From Octopus vulgaris (Eukaryota), in NCBI GenBank assembly GCA_951406725.2, contig OX597834.1, positions 310,001 to 374,000 on the forward strand: 64,000 bases of DNA. Reading direction: 5' to 3'. The notes below the pieces were generated by a model, which was given only the letters and a program-made list of their open reading frames with translations, was not told the DNA's origin and did no database searches. The position numbers and the translations under genes are program-made. This document shows, piece by piece, positions 39,354 to 56,817 of this stretch. Within the stretch, counting starts at the first letter, position 1; every line of letters begins with the position of its first letter.

Positions 39354-40623
39354 CGAGGGGCGTTCAATAAGTAATGCCTCTGACCCACTTGCAGTTGTTT
39401 GATCTAGCTGAAATTTTGCATGTGCACTTATTTATACCTCTATAGATTAAGTGGCGAATTACAGCTCTGAACTAATTGTGGTTTCTGATTTACAGGTGTT
39501 TGAACTGAGTCAAGTGTGAAATGGAGCCTGTTGAGTGTCGAGCAGTGATCCGGTTTTTGTATTTGAAAGGACGCACACCACGGGAGACTTTTGATGAAAT
39601 GAAAGTAACTTATGGTGATGATGCCCCATCATATGACCTTGTAAAACGCTGGCATTGTGAATTCAAACATAGTCGGAACTCTGTGGAAACAGCTCCCAGA
39701 TCTGGTCGCCCCGTTCTGCCGTTGATGAGACGTCTGTCCGTCAAGTTGAGGCTGCCATTTTCGAAGGTCAACGCATAACTATTCGCCAAATAGCCCATAA
39801 GGTCAAGATTAGTACCGGGTCTGTGGAAACTATCATTCATGACCATTTGCATATGCAAAAGGTGTCTGCCAGATGGATTTCCAGGTTGCTCACACCTTTC
39901 CAGAAGCAAGAACGTGTTGAGTGCTCGAGGATGAATTTGGAGATGTGCCAAGAAGATGAGTCAAAATTTTTCAAAAGACTGATCACACAGGATAAAACCT
40001 GGGTCCATCACTATGATTCATAGACCAAAGCCCAGTCAATGCAGTGAAAGCACCGTGACTCACCTCCTCCAAAGAAGGCAAGGGTGCAGCCCTCCGCTGA
40101 CAAGGTTATGCTCACAGTCTTCTGGGACCAGGACGGAGTAGTGATGACAGATTTCCTGGCAAAGGGTACCACAATTACAGGAGCCTATTATGCTTCACTT
40201 TTGAGGAAATTAAGAGAAGCTATCAAAATCAAGAGGCGGGGCAAGATCAGCAAAGGCATCCTCCTCCTGCAGGACAACGCTCCAGTCCACAACTCGCGTG
40301 TCGCCAGATCAGAAGCACAGGCATGCAGCTATGAACTCCTCCCCTTGCACCCTCTGATTTTCACCTCTTCCCAGCCATGAAGTTGATTTTGAAAGGAAAG
40401 CGTTTCCCAGATGATGCAGCCTTGATTTCTGAAGTCAAGTCGTGGTTGGAGGACCAAGCTGGGATCTTCTACAAAAACGGTCTCCAGAGCTGTATCAAAC
40501 GATGGGAGAAATGCATAACTCTGGGTAGTTCCTATGTAGGAAAAGACTAATAACTGTGCCAAGTGTCGTTGCTCTACTGCTATGGGAAGTGGGTCAGGGG
40601 CATTACTTATTGAACGCCCCTCG
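39354..40623 (+). mobile_element. Full-length mariner DNA transposon (1270 bp, irritans-like), nested in a SINE
   Basis: 37-bp terminal inverted repeats (39354-39390 and 40587-40623, one mismatch) and TA duplication (39352-39353, 40624-40625). The flanks rejoin to the SINE sequence ggcactaTAgtagaagacacttgc. Confidence 0.96.
39521..40550 (+). pseudogene. Mariner transposase pseudogene
   Basis: HTH N-terminus (RAVIRFL...PRSGRP), KVSARWISRLLT, ITQDKTWVHHYD, KVMLTVFWD, LLQDNAPVH, APSDFHLF, RWEKCI. Frameshift near 39715, stops at 40021 and 40045, and loss of the HPPYSPDL motif. Confidence 0.93.
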
Positions 40624-41925
40624 TAGTAGAAGACACTTGCTCAAGTTGTCAGGCAGAGAGGCTGAACACAAAACTATGTTGTTAGAAAGTAAAACTCTTC
40701 TTACTACAACATTCACATCTGCATGTTGCATGTCTTATACACACACACACACACACACACGTCATGATTCTGCATTGCTTCTGAGGAGCTTTCCTGTAAA
40801 TAGTTGCATTGAAAGCTGCAAATCAATGTCTGGGCTAATGAGTTATTCTTTGCTTTCATTGACAAGTGATGGTTATACTTATTGCTGAGAAGACTTGTAT
40901 AATAAATATCATCATTGCTATCATCTTCATCATTGCTTCAATGTTTAATGCATGGGCCAGCCACAGCATTTTGAGGTAAAACCTTTCAACAGCCAAGTGC
41001 TCTTCCTGTCACAAACAATCATCAGTTTCCAAACAGATACTACCCCAAGTGCTTTGAACAGCGAACAGCTCAATGGTTGGACATATTTTGATGGAAGATT
41101 GTAAAGCAGTAATGCTACCATTTGTATAAACACTGTGTTTCAATCAGCAAGTAAAACATCAAGACAAGAGGAACACACACACAGTTTCTCTCCACTAATC
41201 CACTGACTATGCATTTATAGTAAAAGACACCAGCACACATTGACCAAGCAAGCGATATTTGTGCAAATATGTTTATGTTTACACCAGTGTTGTTTATGCT
41301 ACAATCCTTTGTGTCCCATAACTTAGCAGATCAACAAATAGTGAATGACGAAATAAGCATCAGACTGAAATAAATAATATCTATGATGACCAATATGTCG
41401 AAGGCTGTAATCCAGGTTGGCCACAGTTCAGTGACTGAAACAAGGAAAAGTCTGCAAGAATTCAGTGAAGATTAATTCTAAAGAAAGTGATGAGAGAGGA
41501 ATGGAGTGAAACACAGTAAAAGAGTCACAGTTTATGAAATAATTAAAAGGCACCAGCTGCTTATTACAGCATAACATTTCAGCTGCCTGGCACAATTTTC
41601 ATAGATTTCATAGATTAATTAACCAAATGGTATGAAGAAAGTCACAGCTAGTCTTCTTACATTAAATTGTCTTAACCAAATTGTTGAAATAAGCATCTTA
41701 GATGACTTTGATGCTCTCATCAATGAATAGGTTTCCTTGTTCAGAGCAATGATTGGGAAGATGTGTAATTACTTCCCTTCTCCATCACTCTCCTCATTTT
41801 CTAATCCCTTCATGGACACAACACTCAAAGATTGCCTTATCATTTCTATTCATATTCTTTTACTCCTTTCTATCATTGGATCATGACCATTCTGGAGCAT
41901 TGCATTAAAGGGTTTACTGGATCAT

Positions 41926-42458
41926 ATCAAGCCCAGTCTTAAAGTTGGTACATACACATGTACACAAACATGCATATATATGTGTGCATGTGTGTATGTG
42001 TGTATGCATACACAATCACAAGACAATTTTCAGTGCACCTCCCACCCAATAAATTCTGTCATGGACAATATATATATATATAAATATATATATCATCATC
42101 ATCATCGTCACAAACACACGCGACACCCCGACACCAAACCAGCCAGACGATGATGCAACATGCTGGACAACCGGCAGCGTGGTGCTCCTTCGGTCATCGC
42201 AGCGTTTCATCGCCGCTTCAGTCATCCAGCGCATTGCATCGTCGTCTGGCCGGTTTGGTGTCGGGATGTCACGGCGTTTGTGATGATGATGATGATATAT
42301 AAATATTTATATATATATTGTCCATGACAGAATTTATTGGGTGGGAGGTGCACTGAAAATTGTCTTGTGATTGTGTATGCATACACACATGCACACACAC
42401 ACATATATATGCATGTTTGTGTACATGTGTATGTGCCAACTTTAAGACTGGGCTTGAT
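41926..42458. repeat. 533-bp inverted duplication (about 240-bp arms, about 57-nt GC-rich spacer)
   Basis: 41926-42167 is the reverse complement of 42225-42458, including unique sequence, microsatellites and a CpG-rich core. Confidence 0.95.
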
Positions 42459-42459
42459 G

Positions 42460-42490
42460 TTAGGGAGACAAACACAGACACACAAACATG

Positions 42491-42544
<54 letters not shown>

Positions 42545-42716
42545 ACACATATATATGACGGGCTTCTTTCACTTTCTGTCTACCAAATCCACTCACAAGG
42601 CTTTGGTCAGCCCGAGGCTATAGTAGAAGACACTTGCCCAAGATGCCACTCAGTGGGACTGAACCCAGAACCATGTGGTTGGTAAGCAAGCTACTTACCA
42701 CACAGCCACTCCTATG
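42460..42716 (-). mobile_element. tRNA-derived SINE, 3'-truncated at the inverted duplication
   Basis: Same family head as 4085-4500 in reverse complement. Confidence 0.8.
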
Positions 42717-42819
42717 CCTCATACATACATATATGTGTGTGTATGTCTAGATATTTATATGTATGATATACGTGTGATATAACTACCAGTGCTAATCCCT
42801 CTACTTATAGGTATATACT

Positions 42820-44040
42820 TAAATGCCTGGATACTGTCAGTCATGGGGAGCTTTGGAAGATCATAAAGAAGTTTGGCTGTCCCAAATTTCTCAGCATGGT
42901 ACAACAGTTCCATGATGGCATGTTCACTCAAGTACTGGACAGCAGAGATTCTTCTGACACATTCCTTGTGTTTAATGGAATTGGGCTGTGTACTCACACC
43001 AACACTGTCCAACATGATGTTCTCAACCATGCTGTCAGATATCTTCTGTAATGACGATGAAACAAAATTCAATATTGGATTCAAGCCTGATGGCAGAGTC
43101 TTCAGCCTGCAGAGCCTACAGGCCAAGACCAAAGTGGAAGGGAATTCAGTGCATGACTTCCTGCTCGCAGGTGACTGCACATTCAGATGCAGCACAGCAT
43201 GAACTGTTTTTTCACTGCCTGCAATAACTTTAGCCTCACAATTAGTACTCAAAAGACAGAGGTCATATGCCAATCTGCCCTACACAAGACATATGTGAAA
43301 CCAACTCTGATTGTCGAAGGAGAGACTCCGAAGGTTGCAGATAAGCTCGTGTAGCTTGGCACCAAACTCTCCAGGACATTGATGATGAAGATGACACACA
43401 TCACAAAGGAAGCTCAGCATTCAAGTGGCTACATGAATCAGTATGGGAGAGAAGAGGCATTAAGCTGACCACCAAGTTGAAAGTGCACCAAGCAGGTGTA
43501 TTGCCTACACTATTGTATGGTCATGAGACTTGGATGTTTACGAATGCCATGCCAAACAGCTAAGCTGCTTCCACATGAGAAAGCTGTTGTAAATCACCTG
43601 GCAAGACAGGGTCCTTGAGAGAGAGGCCCTCTCTTAAGCTGATCTGCCAAGTATTTACACACTGCTGAGGAGAGTGCAAGTCAGGCGGGGAGGCCACCTT
43701 GTTTGAAAAGTGACACATGACTGACTACCCAAAAGACTGTTTTACAGTGAATTGGCAAAATACAAGCACACATGGGGTGGCCAGAAAAAGCACTTCAAGG
43801 ACATACTCAAAGTCTCGCTGAAGAGCTCTGAGATCAACACACCAACACTTGGGAAAGGCAAGCGCAAGATCACCCTGCCTGGTAAAGCCATACAGACAGA
43901 GATGCCACCTCCTACAAAAAAAAAAAACAAAATTGCAAGGAAAAATGCAAACTGCACAAGTCCAGAGCCAACTCCTCACCTTCAGACCACCAGTGTCTGA
44001 CCTGCAGCATTTAGTGGACTGACTGGCCACAGCCCAACAC
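42820..44040 (+). mobile_element. Degenerate RTE (BovB-like) LINE reverse transcriptase region
   Basis: TVSHGELWKIIKKFGCP, QQFHDGM, CVLTPTLSNMMFSTML, DGRVFSLQSLQAKTKV...DFLLAGDC, VWERRGIKLTTKLKV...VLPTLLYGHETW, LPKRLFYSEL...GGQKKHFKDILK. Confidence 0.9.
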
Positions 44041-45048
44041 ACTGTAATGATGGTGTTGAGGTGTCAGGGCTGATCCTCAAAGGGAGAAGTAGAAAAGAGA
44101 ACAGGGACAGAAGATAAAGAAGGGTGGATGCATAAGTTGTCAAGGGTGTGAGAGCAGAATGACAAGTGGTTAGGGGCGAACGTAGTGAATGATGAACAAG
44201 GGTGGAGACTTGGGTAGAAAGGGAAGAAATAGCAGTGGATTGGGAAAGAAGAGCTGAGAAGTGAGAATACAGCCAAAACTGAGAGCAGAAGAATATTTAA
44301 AAGGGAGACAGATGTGAGATAGGGTGGCAATGGAGGGTGGGGTGGAGGTGAGTAGATGAAAACTGTAGAGAGAGAGGCACATAATGACAGATTTGGAGGT
44401 TAGAGGTACATAAGGGTGGATATAGCAAGTGGCAAACAAAGGTGCAGGGGTAGTCAATGGCAGATATGAGAGAGTCTTAGGAATGAAATCTGGTAGTTTT
44501 AAGAAATAGCTGACCAGAAAGGCAAAAAGAATGACTCAGAAGGGATGATGAGTAGGAAGGGACAAGACTAGGAATGAAAGTGATTCCAGGGAGTACAAAA
44601 AAGGGAAAAATATTGAGTTTCTTCTCATAAAATTACAACAGAATAGTGCAGTAGTTAGAAGAGTGATGGTGGGATGGGAGATAGGAAGTTGAGGAAGAGC
44701 CAAGTTATGTGTAGGACCCACTTGTAGGACCTGTTTGGTTGTGTGCATGTCTGCATGTGTATATATATACACACACACACATATATGTATGTATATGTAT
44801 ATATATATATATATATATACATATATGCACATACATTTACATATGCATATATGTGTGTGTACTATTCTACTTAGAAGCATATTCAAAGGTACATATGTAT
44901 AAATCTGTTAACGTTTCAAAGCATTAAATGGTGAAATTAAGTTGTCTGCTAAATTCTAGTGAAAACATATTTTATAGTGAATGTAACTCTAGTTTTTGTA
45001 TTGAATATCTCCATCAATAAATATGGCCTTGTTATTTGAAAAATGTTG

Positions 45049-45095
<47 letters not shown>

Positions 45096-46034
45096 ACCCA
45101 TGACAATATTGAAAATGGACATTAAATGATGATCACACACACACACACACAGAGAAACGTACAGATCATTTTCTGTCTGTTATTTGATACAATTAATTCC
45201 TTGTCACAAGACCTCCTAGAAATAATAACCAAATCTCCCACATATCTCATCTCACTATTTCCTCAAGACTCATAATTGTCAGTAAAAGACAAGATGGTCA
45301 CAAACTGGAATATATTTAATCAAATGCCAGCTAAATGAGGACTGACTCGGGGCTAAACACCACCACCATGACAGTGTCATAGAGGATTCTACATGAAACT
45401 TCACACCTTTTCTAACCCACACGTAGGAAGAATTACCCTTTTTCTCTCTCCCCCCTTAATTATCATACATTTTAATTAAAATCTCTCAATATATGTCTAA
45501 TTATGTTGATAGAACGACACCATCTGGATTCAATCAACTCCAAGTGAAAATGAAAATCATTATCATATATGATAATTATTAGTTTTGGTAGCAGTCGTAG
45601 CATCAGCTGCTGACATGGCAGCAGCAGTAGTAACAGCAGCAGTAGCATCGGTAGTAACAACAACAGCAGCAGCGGCGGCGGTGGTGGTGGTGGTGGTGGT
45701 GGTGGTGGTGGTGGTAGTAGTCGTGGCATAGACAATAAACTAGCAATACTAAATGAAAATTTCTGATGTAAAAACTGGCGAGTGTGTAGTTTTACTCCTG
45801 ACATTTTGTTTGCCATCAGAAAGCTGTCATGTGCTGCAAGCAGCGGCCAGTCGAAGCTCTCAGCATCACTATTGTCATCATTATCGTTGTCATCACAGTG
45901 TTTCACATTAATATGTAATGAACATTTGCTGCAAGCAACAGTGGATATCGTTTCAATATGGATGAGAAGTGAATCTATCATTTTGATGTTTAATTACAAT
46001 CCTCTGTAATATTATCATTGTCATAAGACAATAT

Positions 46035-46073
<39 letters not shown>

Positions 46074-48484
46074 CCCGGCAACACAAGCGGTTGCACCATC
46101 ATCTTTATCATCATCACATACTTCACATTAATATGCAACACATACTAACATTACATATCATTTAGATATTACCAAATAAGTGACTAGCGTTCTCCATCAA
46201 CATTGCTCGCCATATGTTATCTGCTCATCATCATCACCACCACTACCACCACCATCCTCATTAGCGGTAAGTGAATCGAATATCATTATGATGATTGTCA
46301 TCATCATCATCGTCCACATCATTCAGAAGAAAAGAGCAGATTAGAGAAAAAGTCAGCTCTTTCCAGCAAGACAAATCAAAATTCTAATTTCCTAGCATTT
46401 GATAAAAACATTTTATTTCACCTTTGCCTCGTCATTAGCACCCATTATTGAGTGCAATATAAGAGGTTCAACAGTGGTTTGTGAATAATAAATAATTTGT
46501 TTAGCAAAGAAATGGAAGAAGGAAAATGAAGAAGATTAAAATATAATTAATTGCTTTTTGTTTAACCTTAGGCCCAGCTTGACCAAACAGACCTATGATC
46601 AAAACCATTCCAATTGTGACCAAATAATCTAATATTTCTTAAGCTGTAATGTGTAATTTCAAAACCATTTGGCTGCTATTTCAAGGAGGTCTACTCAAGG
46701 ACAATACAGAGGCTCATAGTAAATATGGGGAACAGTTGAGTTTATAAAACAATAAATGATTGCATTAGATATTGTTGTGTGCAGGCTGTATTTATCATAT
46801 TGTTACATGTAGCAATAATAAACTAGTTTCTTCATTCTCAACAAAAGTCAAATGGATTTCTGAACAAATAATAATATTCACATAGTGAGAGACAGAGACA
46901 GAAATATCCACAACAAGCTCAATAGGCAGAAGCACCCAAGTGTGGGTGGACATACTTTCACAAAAACAAAAACACAATTTGCCAAGGTGCTCGATGGCGG
47001 GACTGAACCCGAAACCCAATTGTTACCAGGTGAAACCCCTTCAACACATGACAATACCTACAGCCACCAACATAAACAGCATCAATGTTAAAACCTTTAT
47101 CACTTACTCTATATTAAAGACCTTCTCTATGGTCAAACTATTGTTATCGAAACCTTTCCTATTATTGTCTAATTAGAACCCTTCAGGTTTTGATTAGACT
47201 CTCCCCAGGGACTGATTACTGCCTCATATATATATGTCTTTTAGGGTCTAACTAGAGTCCTGTGTATTTTCTCCATTGTTTACCCTATATATAGCAAGCA
47301 TATACACTTGGTCTCAAAATTGTCCAACAGAAATTTCCCATAGTCTATTAGTAAGGCACACACACACACACAATCCCCCCACCCACCCACATAGTCAACA
47401 AGACGTGACTCTCTATCTCTAAGTATTCACTCAAGCCACAAAAAGTAGCAACCAAATCCTTCTTAAACACCTCTTTACTGTCTTAAACAAGGAAGAATGA
47501 CATTAAATACTTCCTTATCTACAAATATAAACTTAAGAGCCACAGTTGGAATGTCAGTGATTCTAACTCAGTTAAATCAGAGCCACCCACACATATATAT
47601 GTACATAAATTATACATACATACATACATATATATAATGTTTAAAATTTACTCAACAAGACCATTGAACTGCTTAACAACTCCATACTTCTCTGAAGCAT
47701 CTTTAACTAAATAACAAGCATTTTTTTTCTCTACATTCATGTACAAATATTTACATGCATTTAAATGTGTGTGTGTGTGTGTGTGTATGTATATAAATAA
47801 TGTATATACATATATAATATAAATACATAAACATATTATCATTCATACACACACACAAACCTGTATAGTGCTAATTAGCTTTCTCACAGACCAACCCACA
47901 GCTATGTCACTGGCAAAGTATAGACACACACACACACACACACAGTCAATGCTACAAATGCTAATACATTTACAATTATACAAAAGCCGTCAGTGATACA
48001 CAGACACACAAACTATATATTAGATATTACATATATGCACATATACACACATGTATATACATAAATATAGAAATGTGTGTGTGTGTGTGTGTGTGATCAT
48101 TTAACATACACGTTTCCATGTTTGCACAGGTTAGAGAGTATTTTGCTGAGGCCGATTTTCTATGACCAGGTGTCATTCCTGGCACCAACCCTCACCTGCT
48201 TCCAGGTGAGGTAATACTTTCCAATGGCCAGACAGGTATTTTTTTAGTTTTTGTATGAAAGACTAAAAACAAACAACACAGCCTGTATGATGGTGTCACT
48301 CATTTGCAATCATCTTATGATGGATGCCAGGACAAGGATAAACACACACAGACACACACACACACATATTTCTAACTAATGCTACCAGCAAGGAAGAGCA
48401 GAGGGAAAGATTTATGTATTATCACTCACTCTTCAACTATATGCACAAACACATTATCTTTCACAGTTCTATTGTGTGTGTGTA

Positions 48485-49819
<1,335 letters not shown>

Positions 49820-49821
<2 letters not shown>

Positions 49822-50297
49822 TCATCATCATCATTTAACGTCCACTTTCCATGCTAGCATGGATTGGACGGTTCAAATGGGGTCTGGGAAGCCAGAAGGC
49901 TGCACCAGGCCCAGTCTGATCTGGCAGTGTTTCTACAGCTGGATGCCCTTCCTAGTGCCAACCACTCCGTGAGTGTAGTCAGTGCTTTTTACGTGCCACC
50001 GGCATGGAGGCCAGTCGGGGCGGCGCTGGCAACGGCCACGTTCGGATGGTTCTCTTACGTGCCACCGGCACTGGTATCACAACTACAATTCCCATTGATG
50101 TTGTTCGATTTCGATTTTCACTTGCCTCAACAGGTCTTCACAAGTAGAGTTTTATGTCCCAAGAAGGAAAGGTATGCATAAGTGGACTGGCTACATCCCA
50201 GGTAGAGGCCACGGGTTATGGTCTCACTTGTCCTGCTGGGTCTTCTCACACACAGGATACTTCCAAAGGTCTCGGTCACTAGTCATTTCCTCGGTGA
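49820..50297 (-). mobile_element. RTE LINE extreme 3' end plus 3' UTR with (GAT)n tail
   Basis: Translates TEEMTSDRDLWKYPVCEKTQQDK*. The UTR segment ggcactaggaagggcatccagctgtagaaa...aacccatgctagcatggaa-like recurs at about 6620-6800, 9110-9230, 23150-23450 and 26550-26700. Confidence 0.75.
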
Positions 50298-50334
50298 TAT
50301 ATACATAAATATATATACATATACACATAGACAT

Positions 50335-50368
<34 letters not shown>

Positions 50369-51887
50369 ATATACATATATACATATACATAGACATAAAT
50401 ATATATATATAAACACACACACACACAAACAAATGCCTACATCTGATCATATATTCTTTTTAACTATTTCCCTTTCTGGTTCTATCCTAATGACTGCAAC
50501 CATGCTGGAGCACCCACTTATGCCACTGCTACTGTTTCTGAAATGCTTTAAATAAATGAAGGTGTTTGGTGCTGGTATCCAGTGCTGAGTTTCTAGCCAA
50601 GGTATTGGTTAATCACAGACTGCAGGTGGTAGAGTACCCAGGTGTTTCTTGAATACATTTACACCCACACTGCACAGATTTCTCAATTTTGTTGGCCAGA
50701 TACTGAAAATCTGGGATCTTTGAAACATAAACTGTAGCAATATATGGCCTTGACCTTAAATGGGTGGTTTGCAGGACTCTGCAATGGTGACCAGTTCTCG
50801 ATATCAAAGTTTGGAGTTAACCCTTCAAGAATCTTCCAAATATAAACATCACTGCATATCCTTTCAATGTTCTCTCCAGTGAGTGGAGCTTTAGCTCTTT
50901 CAAACTATTGCTAAGCTGTTGCTTTGAGGGGGTGATTTTTGTGAAGCTTTATTGGATTGCTTCTAAATCTGTTGTTAGTTTAACCTTGGTTGAGAACCAA
51001 AGTTGTGGGTCATAGTCTAGATGACTCAGGACAAATGTTCTTCACAAAAGCAGCATAACTTCCTGCTTTCTCATCCTGGTGATCGCAGGATCTAACCCTC
51101 CAGCCTTTTGCATCTTTGTAATGTATACCTGGAAAGATGCAGTGTTGCCCATATTTCTTCCCAGGTCGTGCACTGACTGCTACAATCCTTCCAGGTTTGA
51201 TGTAAACTAGTTGTGGGCAGGAAGTGGCCAGGTTAAAATTTTCCAGCCTTGAATTTTATGTTATTGCAATTAGCTCACTTTTAGATTACATTAAAGTCTT
51301 GTTGTAGGCATGTAGCATCATCAGGACTCTTAACTGCCTGAGGTGCTTTTATATCATCAACAGTGAGAGTGTTCATCATTAGAATTGAGGGCATGTCTGA
51401 TGGAGCCACCACAAACAGCAACAGCTCCAAGACAGTTCCTTGTAGGACTCAAGCCAAAATCAATATTTTCTTTTTGAGAGCACTGTTGGATGAGACTGTG
51501 TGTGACTTTTAATTCTTAAAAAATCATGCAGTCAGTCTCCTAATATCTCGGCTAAGCCAAGATCATGCAGTTTGTGGCAGAACATCTTATGGACAACCTA
51601 CTGAAGGCCATTACAAAGGTGTGTTATATAATTTCCACACCTGAATGTTAGAGCAGCTGTTTCAGCATTCATGGCCATAATAGTGCAGCAGCCGTGTAAA
51701 GCAACTTCTTCCAGAGTGAAAGCCATGAAGCCAGGCTGCACGTTAGATAATGAGTAATTATGTTGTAGGAACGTGACGACCAGTTTATATTTATGCAAAC
51801 ACATCATAATCATCATTTAACGTCTGTCTTCTATGCTGAGATGAGTTAAACACATCCAAGTGTGTGTAAACACACATATACATGCAT

Positions 51888-51935
<48 letters not shown>

Positions 51936-52970
51936 CATATATACACACACACACACACATACAGAAGTACATATGAACATTTACATATATACACAAACAC
52001 ATATATGTACACATACACACATATAAAAATATGCATAGGTAAAGTTCTATTTAACTGGGCAAAAGTATGATAAAAGGGAGCTCAATAATCAGGAGGATCA
52101 TAGCTTGTTTAGTGAGCTGCAAAGTAAAGACGACAATTTAGCTCAGCTGATGACCTGCAGTTGATAAGGCAAATGTTTTAGAAATGTCTCTTCTTGGTTA
52201 AATCAATCACAGAATCAAGACAATAGAATGTGTCTCAAGACGCACACATATATATATACACATACACATACATAAATATGCATAAACACATACACACACA
52301 CATATATTAATATATGTATGCAAGTTCTTCTATCCAGAAATTTATTATTATCACACACACACACTCACTCCTATGTATGGAGGAGGGAGGAGTGAATGTG
52401 TGCTTGTCCATTAGTTTAAACACTAAATATTCCTGTTTTTTCTCTTTCATTTTATTAGAACTTCCTAATTTTTGAATCAGCCAGCAAATCTCTGAGGATT
52501 CCACAAACATGTGCAGTCCCCAATATAAATGACAGGATGAACAAGGGTGTGATAACTTGTGTGACAATGATAACATTTCTAATTAGAGCTACACTCCTTC
52601 TAATCAGATTCCATAATTTCCATCTCTCCACCAACCCAAACCAAAGAATTGCATTAGCACTAAATGGGACCCATGAAACAGATAAGGCACCTCTACATAA
52701 TTATGTACTGAGTCCTTATTTGAGCAAGTGTTTTCCAGGATCTATATTTATACATCTTGATATATATGTACATATATAGGCAATCCAGCGGAGATCTCTG
52801 GTTTACCAGCTCCTATCAAACCTACCAAACCATGGCAGCATGGGAAACAGAGGTTCAATAATAATAATGATTCAAGCATACACACATACACACACACATA
52901 GATATATGTGCATATACACACATATATATATAATTATATATACTTTATTTAAAAGCAGCAGAAATTCAAC

Positions 52971-53017
52971 AAAACCTGTTACTCGGAGTTTCACATTCCC
53001 GTTCGTCAGACACTTTT
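52971..53017 (-). ncRNA. Minimal type I hammerhead ribozyme motif (Penelope-like terminal repeat)
   Basis: Minus strand: UGU-CUGACGA-ACG(GGAA)UGU-GAAA-CUC-C-GAG-UA-ACA. All catalytic core residues are present, with a GNRA-capped stem II, a near-palindromic stem III and a GUA cleavage triplet. Confidence 0.62.
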
Positions 53018-53097
53018 CTTAAAATAAAGCATATTACTCTAACCCCGGCATCGGAGTACTCTTTTTTCCACCTTGTTTCACATGTGTTTACTCCGGT

Positions 53098-55890
<2,793 letters not shown>

Positions 55891-56058
55891 ATATGAGCGT
55901 CCAATTACACTATACTTGTTCCACATCCTCGCATTTTTGTTATTTCTCTTTGTGTTTTCATTTTTGGATTAACTTCGTAAATATATACTCCAACCGCCTT
56001 CGTTTTTTGTTTATTTTCGTAAACTTTCCCTTTATATATGTATATACATACACACACT

Positions 56059-56089
<31 letters not shown>

Positions 56090-56136
56090 TAAAATATACC
56101 CATATATATGTAATCATATATACACGCAGATGAGTT

Positions 56137-56177
<41 letters not shown>

Positions 56178-56614
56178 CCCCTCCCTGTTTCACTCATAAT
56201 GAACTGATGTTCCCAAATCAATTGAAGCAGACAACATGCCCAAGGTGTCCTGCACAAGAATCAAAAGACCAGGCAGTTTTGAAAACATAGGCACACAACT
56301 GTGCCTCACACTATTATATCTTCATCATTTAATGTCCGTGTTCCAAGTTGGCATGGCTTGGATGGGTGGACGGGATGTGTTAGCCACGATGCCCCAACGT
56401 CAGCTTTTGCAGGTTTCCTACAGGTGGACCCCCTTCTTGCCGATATGCAGGTGTGTGTGTGTGTGTGTGTGTTTACACGTGTTTAAAGCAGGCAAATGAG
56501 AAGAGAGTGAAAGCGGACAGGGAAAGGTGCAATGTGACAACATAAACAAAAGAAAGACTTTAATTACATCAAATATAATTAGTGAGTTTACGAAATGTAA
56601 TAAAAGCTGTAAAT

Positions 56615-56623
56615 AAAGGATAT
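56615..56623 (-). promoter_or_regulatory. U12 5' splice site (U11 binding) ATATCCTTT
   Basis: Plus-strand aaaggatat is the reverse complement of the exact U12 donor consensus and lies directly after the codons TGG GG. Confidence 0.94.
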
Positions 56624-56817
56624 CCCCATTCAATGATGATCTTTGCATACTTGCGGATGAAGTTCTCCTCGCTGAAGATGAACAGCGACCGATTGGTAGA
56701 AGACCCCATGCCTGGAAGACTGATGGTGGCCGCCTTTTTGGCCACGAACCTCAGAGATCCATCATGTGTGTACTCAGAGTCGTCTCTGTTGCCACTGTCC
56801 GCTGAGAAGGTATTCAT
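56624..56817 (-). CDS. Cav2: Cav2-type voltage-gated calcium channel alpha-1 subunit, first coding exon (cytoplasmic N-terminus)
   Basis: Translates MNTFSADSGNRDDSEYTHDGSLRFVAKKAATISLPGMGSSTNRSLFIFSEENFIRKYAKIIIEW plus GG. RSLFIFSEENFIRKYAKIIIEW is the conserved Cav2 pre-IS1 motif. ATG at 56817-56815 follows a pyrimidine tract and AG (56820-56819). The exon ends at the U12 donor ATATCCTTT. Confidence 0.95.

Noticed and set aside
45472-45981. 169-aa minus-strand ORF with poly-Pro and poly-Leu as a hidden exon or nested gene
   Set aside because: Built from (CCA)n/(CTG)n triplet repeats, with no recognisable domain and no U12-compatible splice sites.
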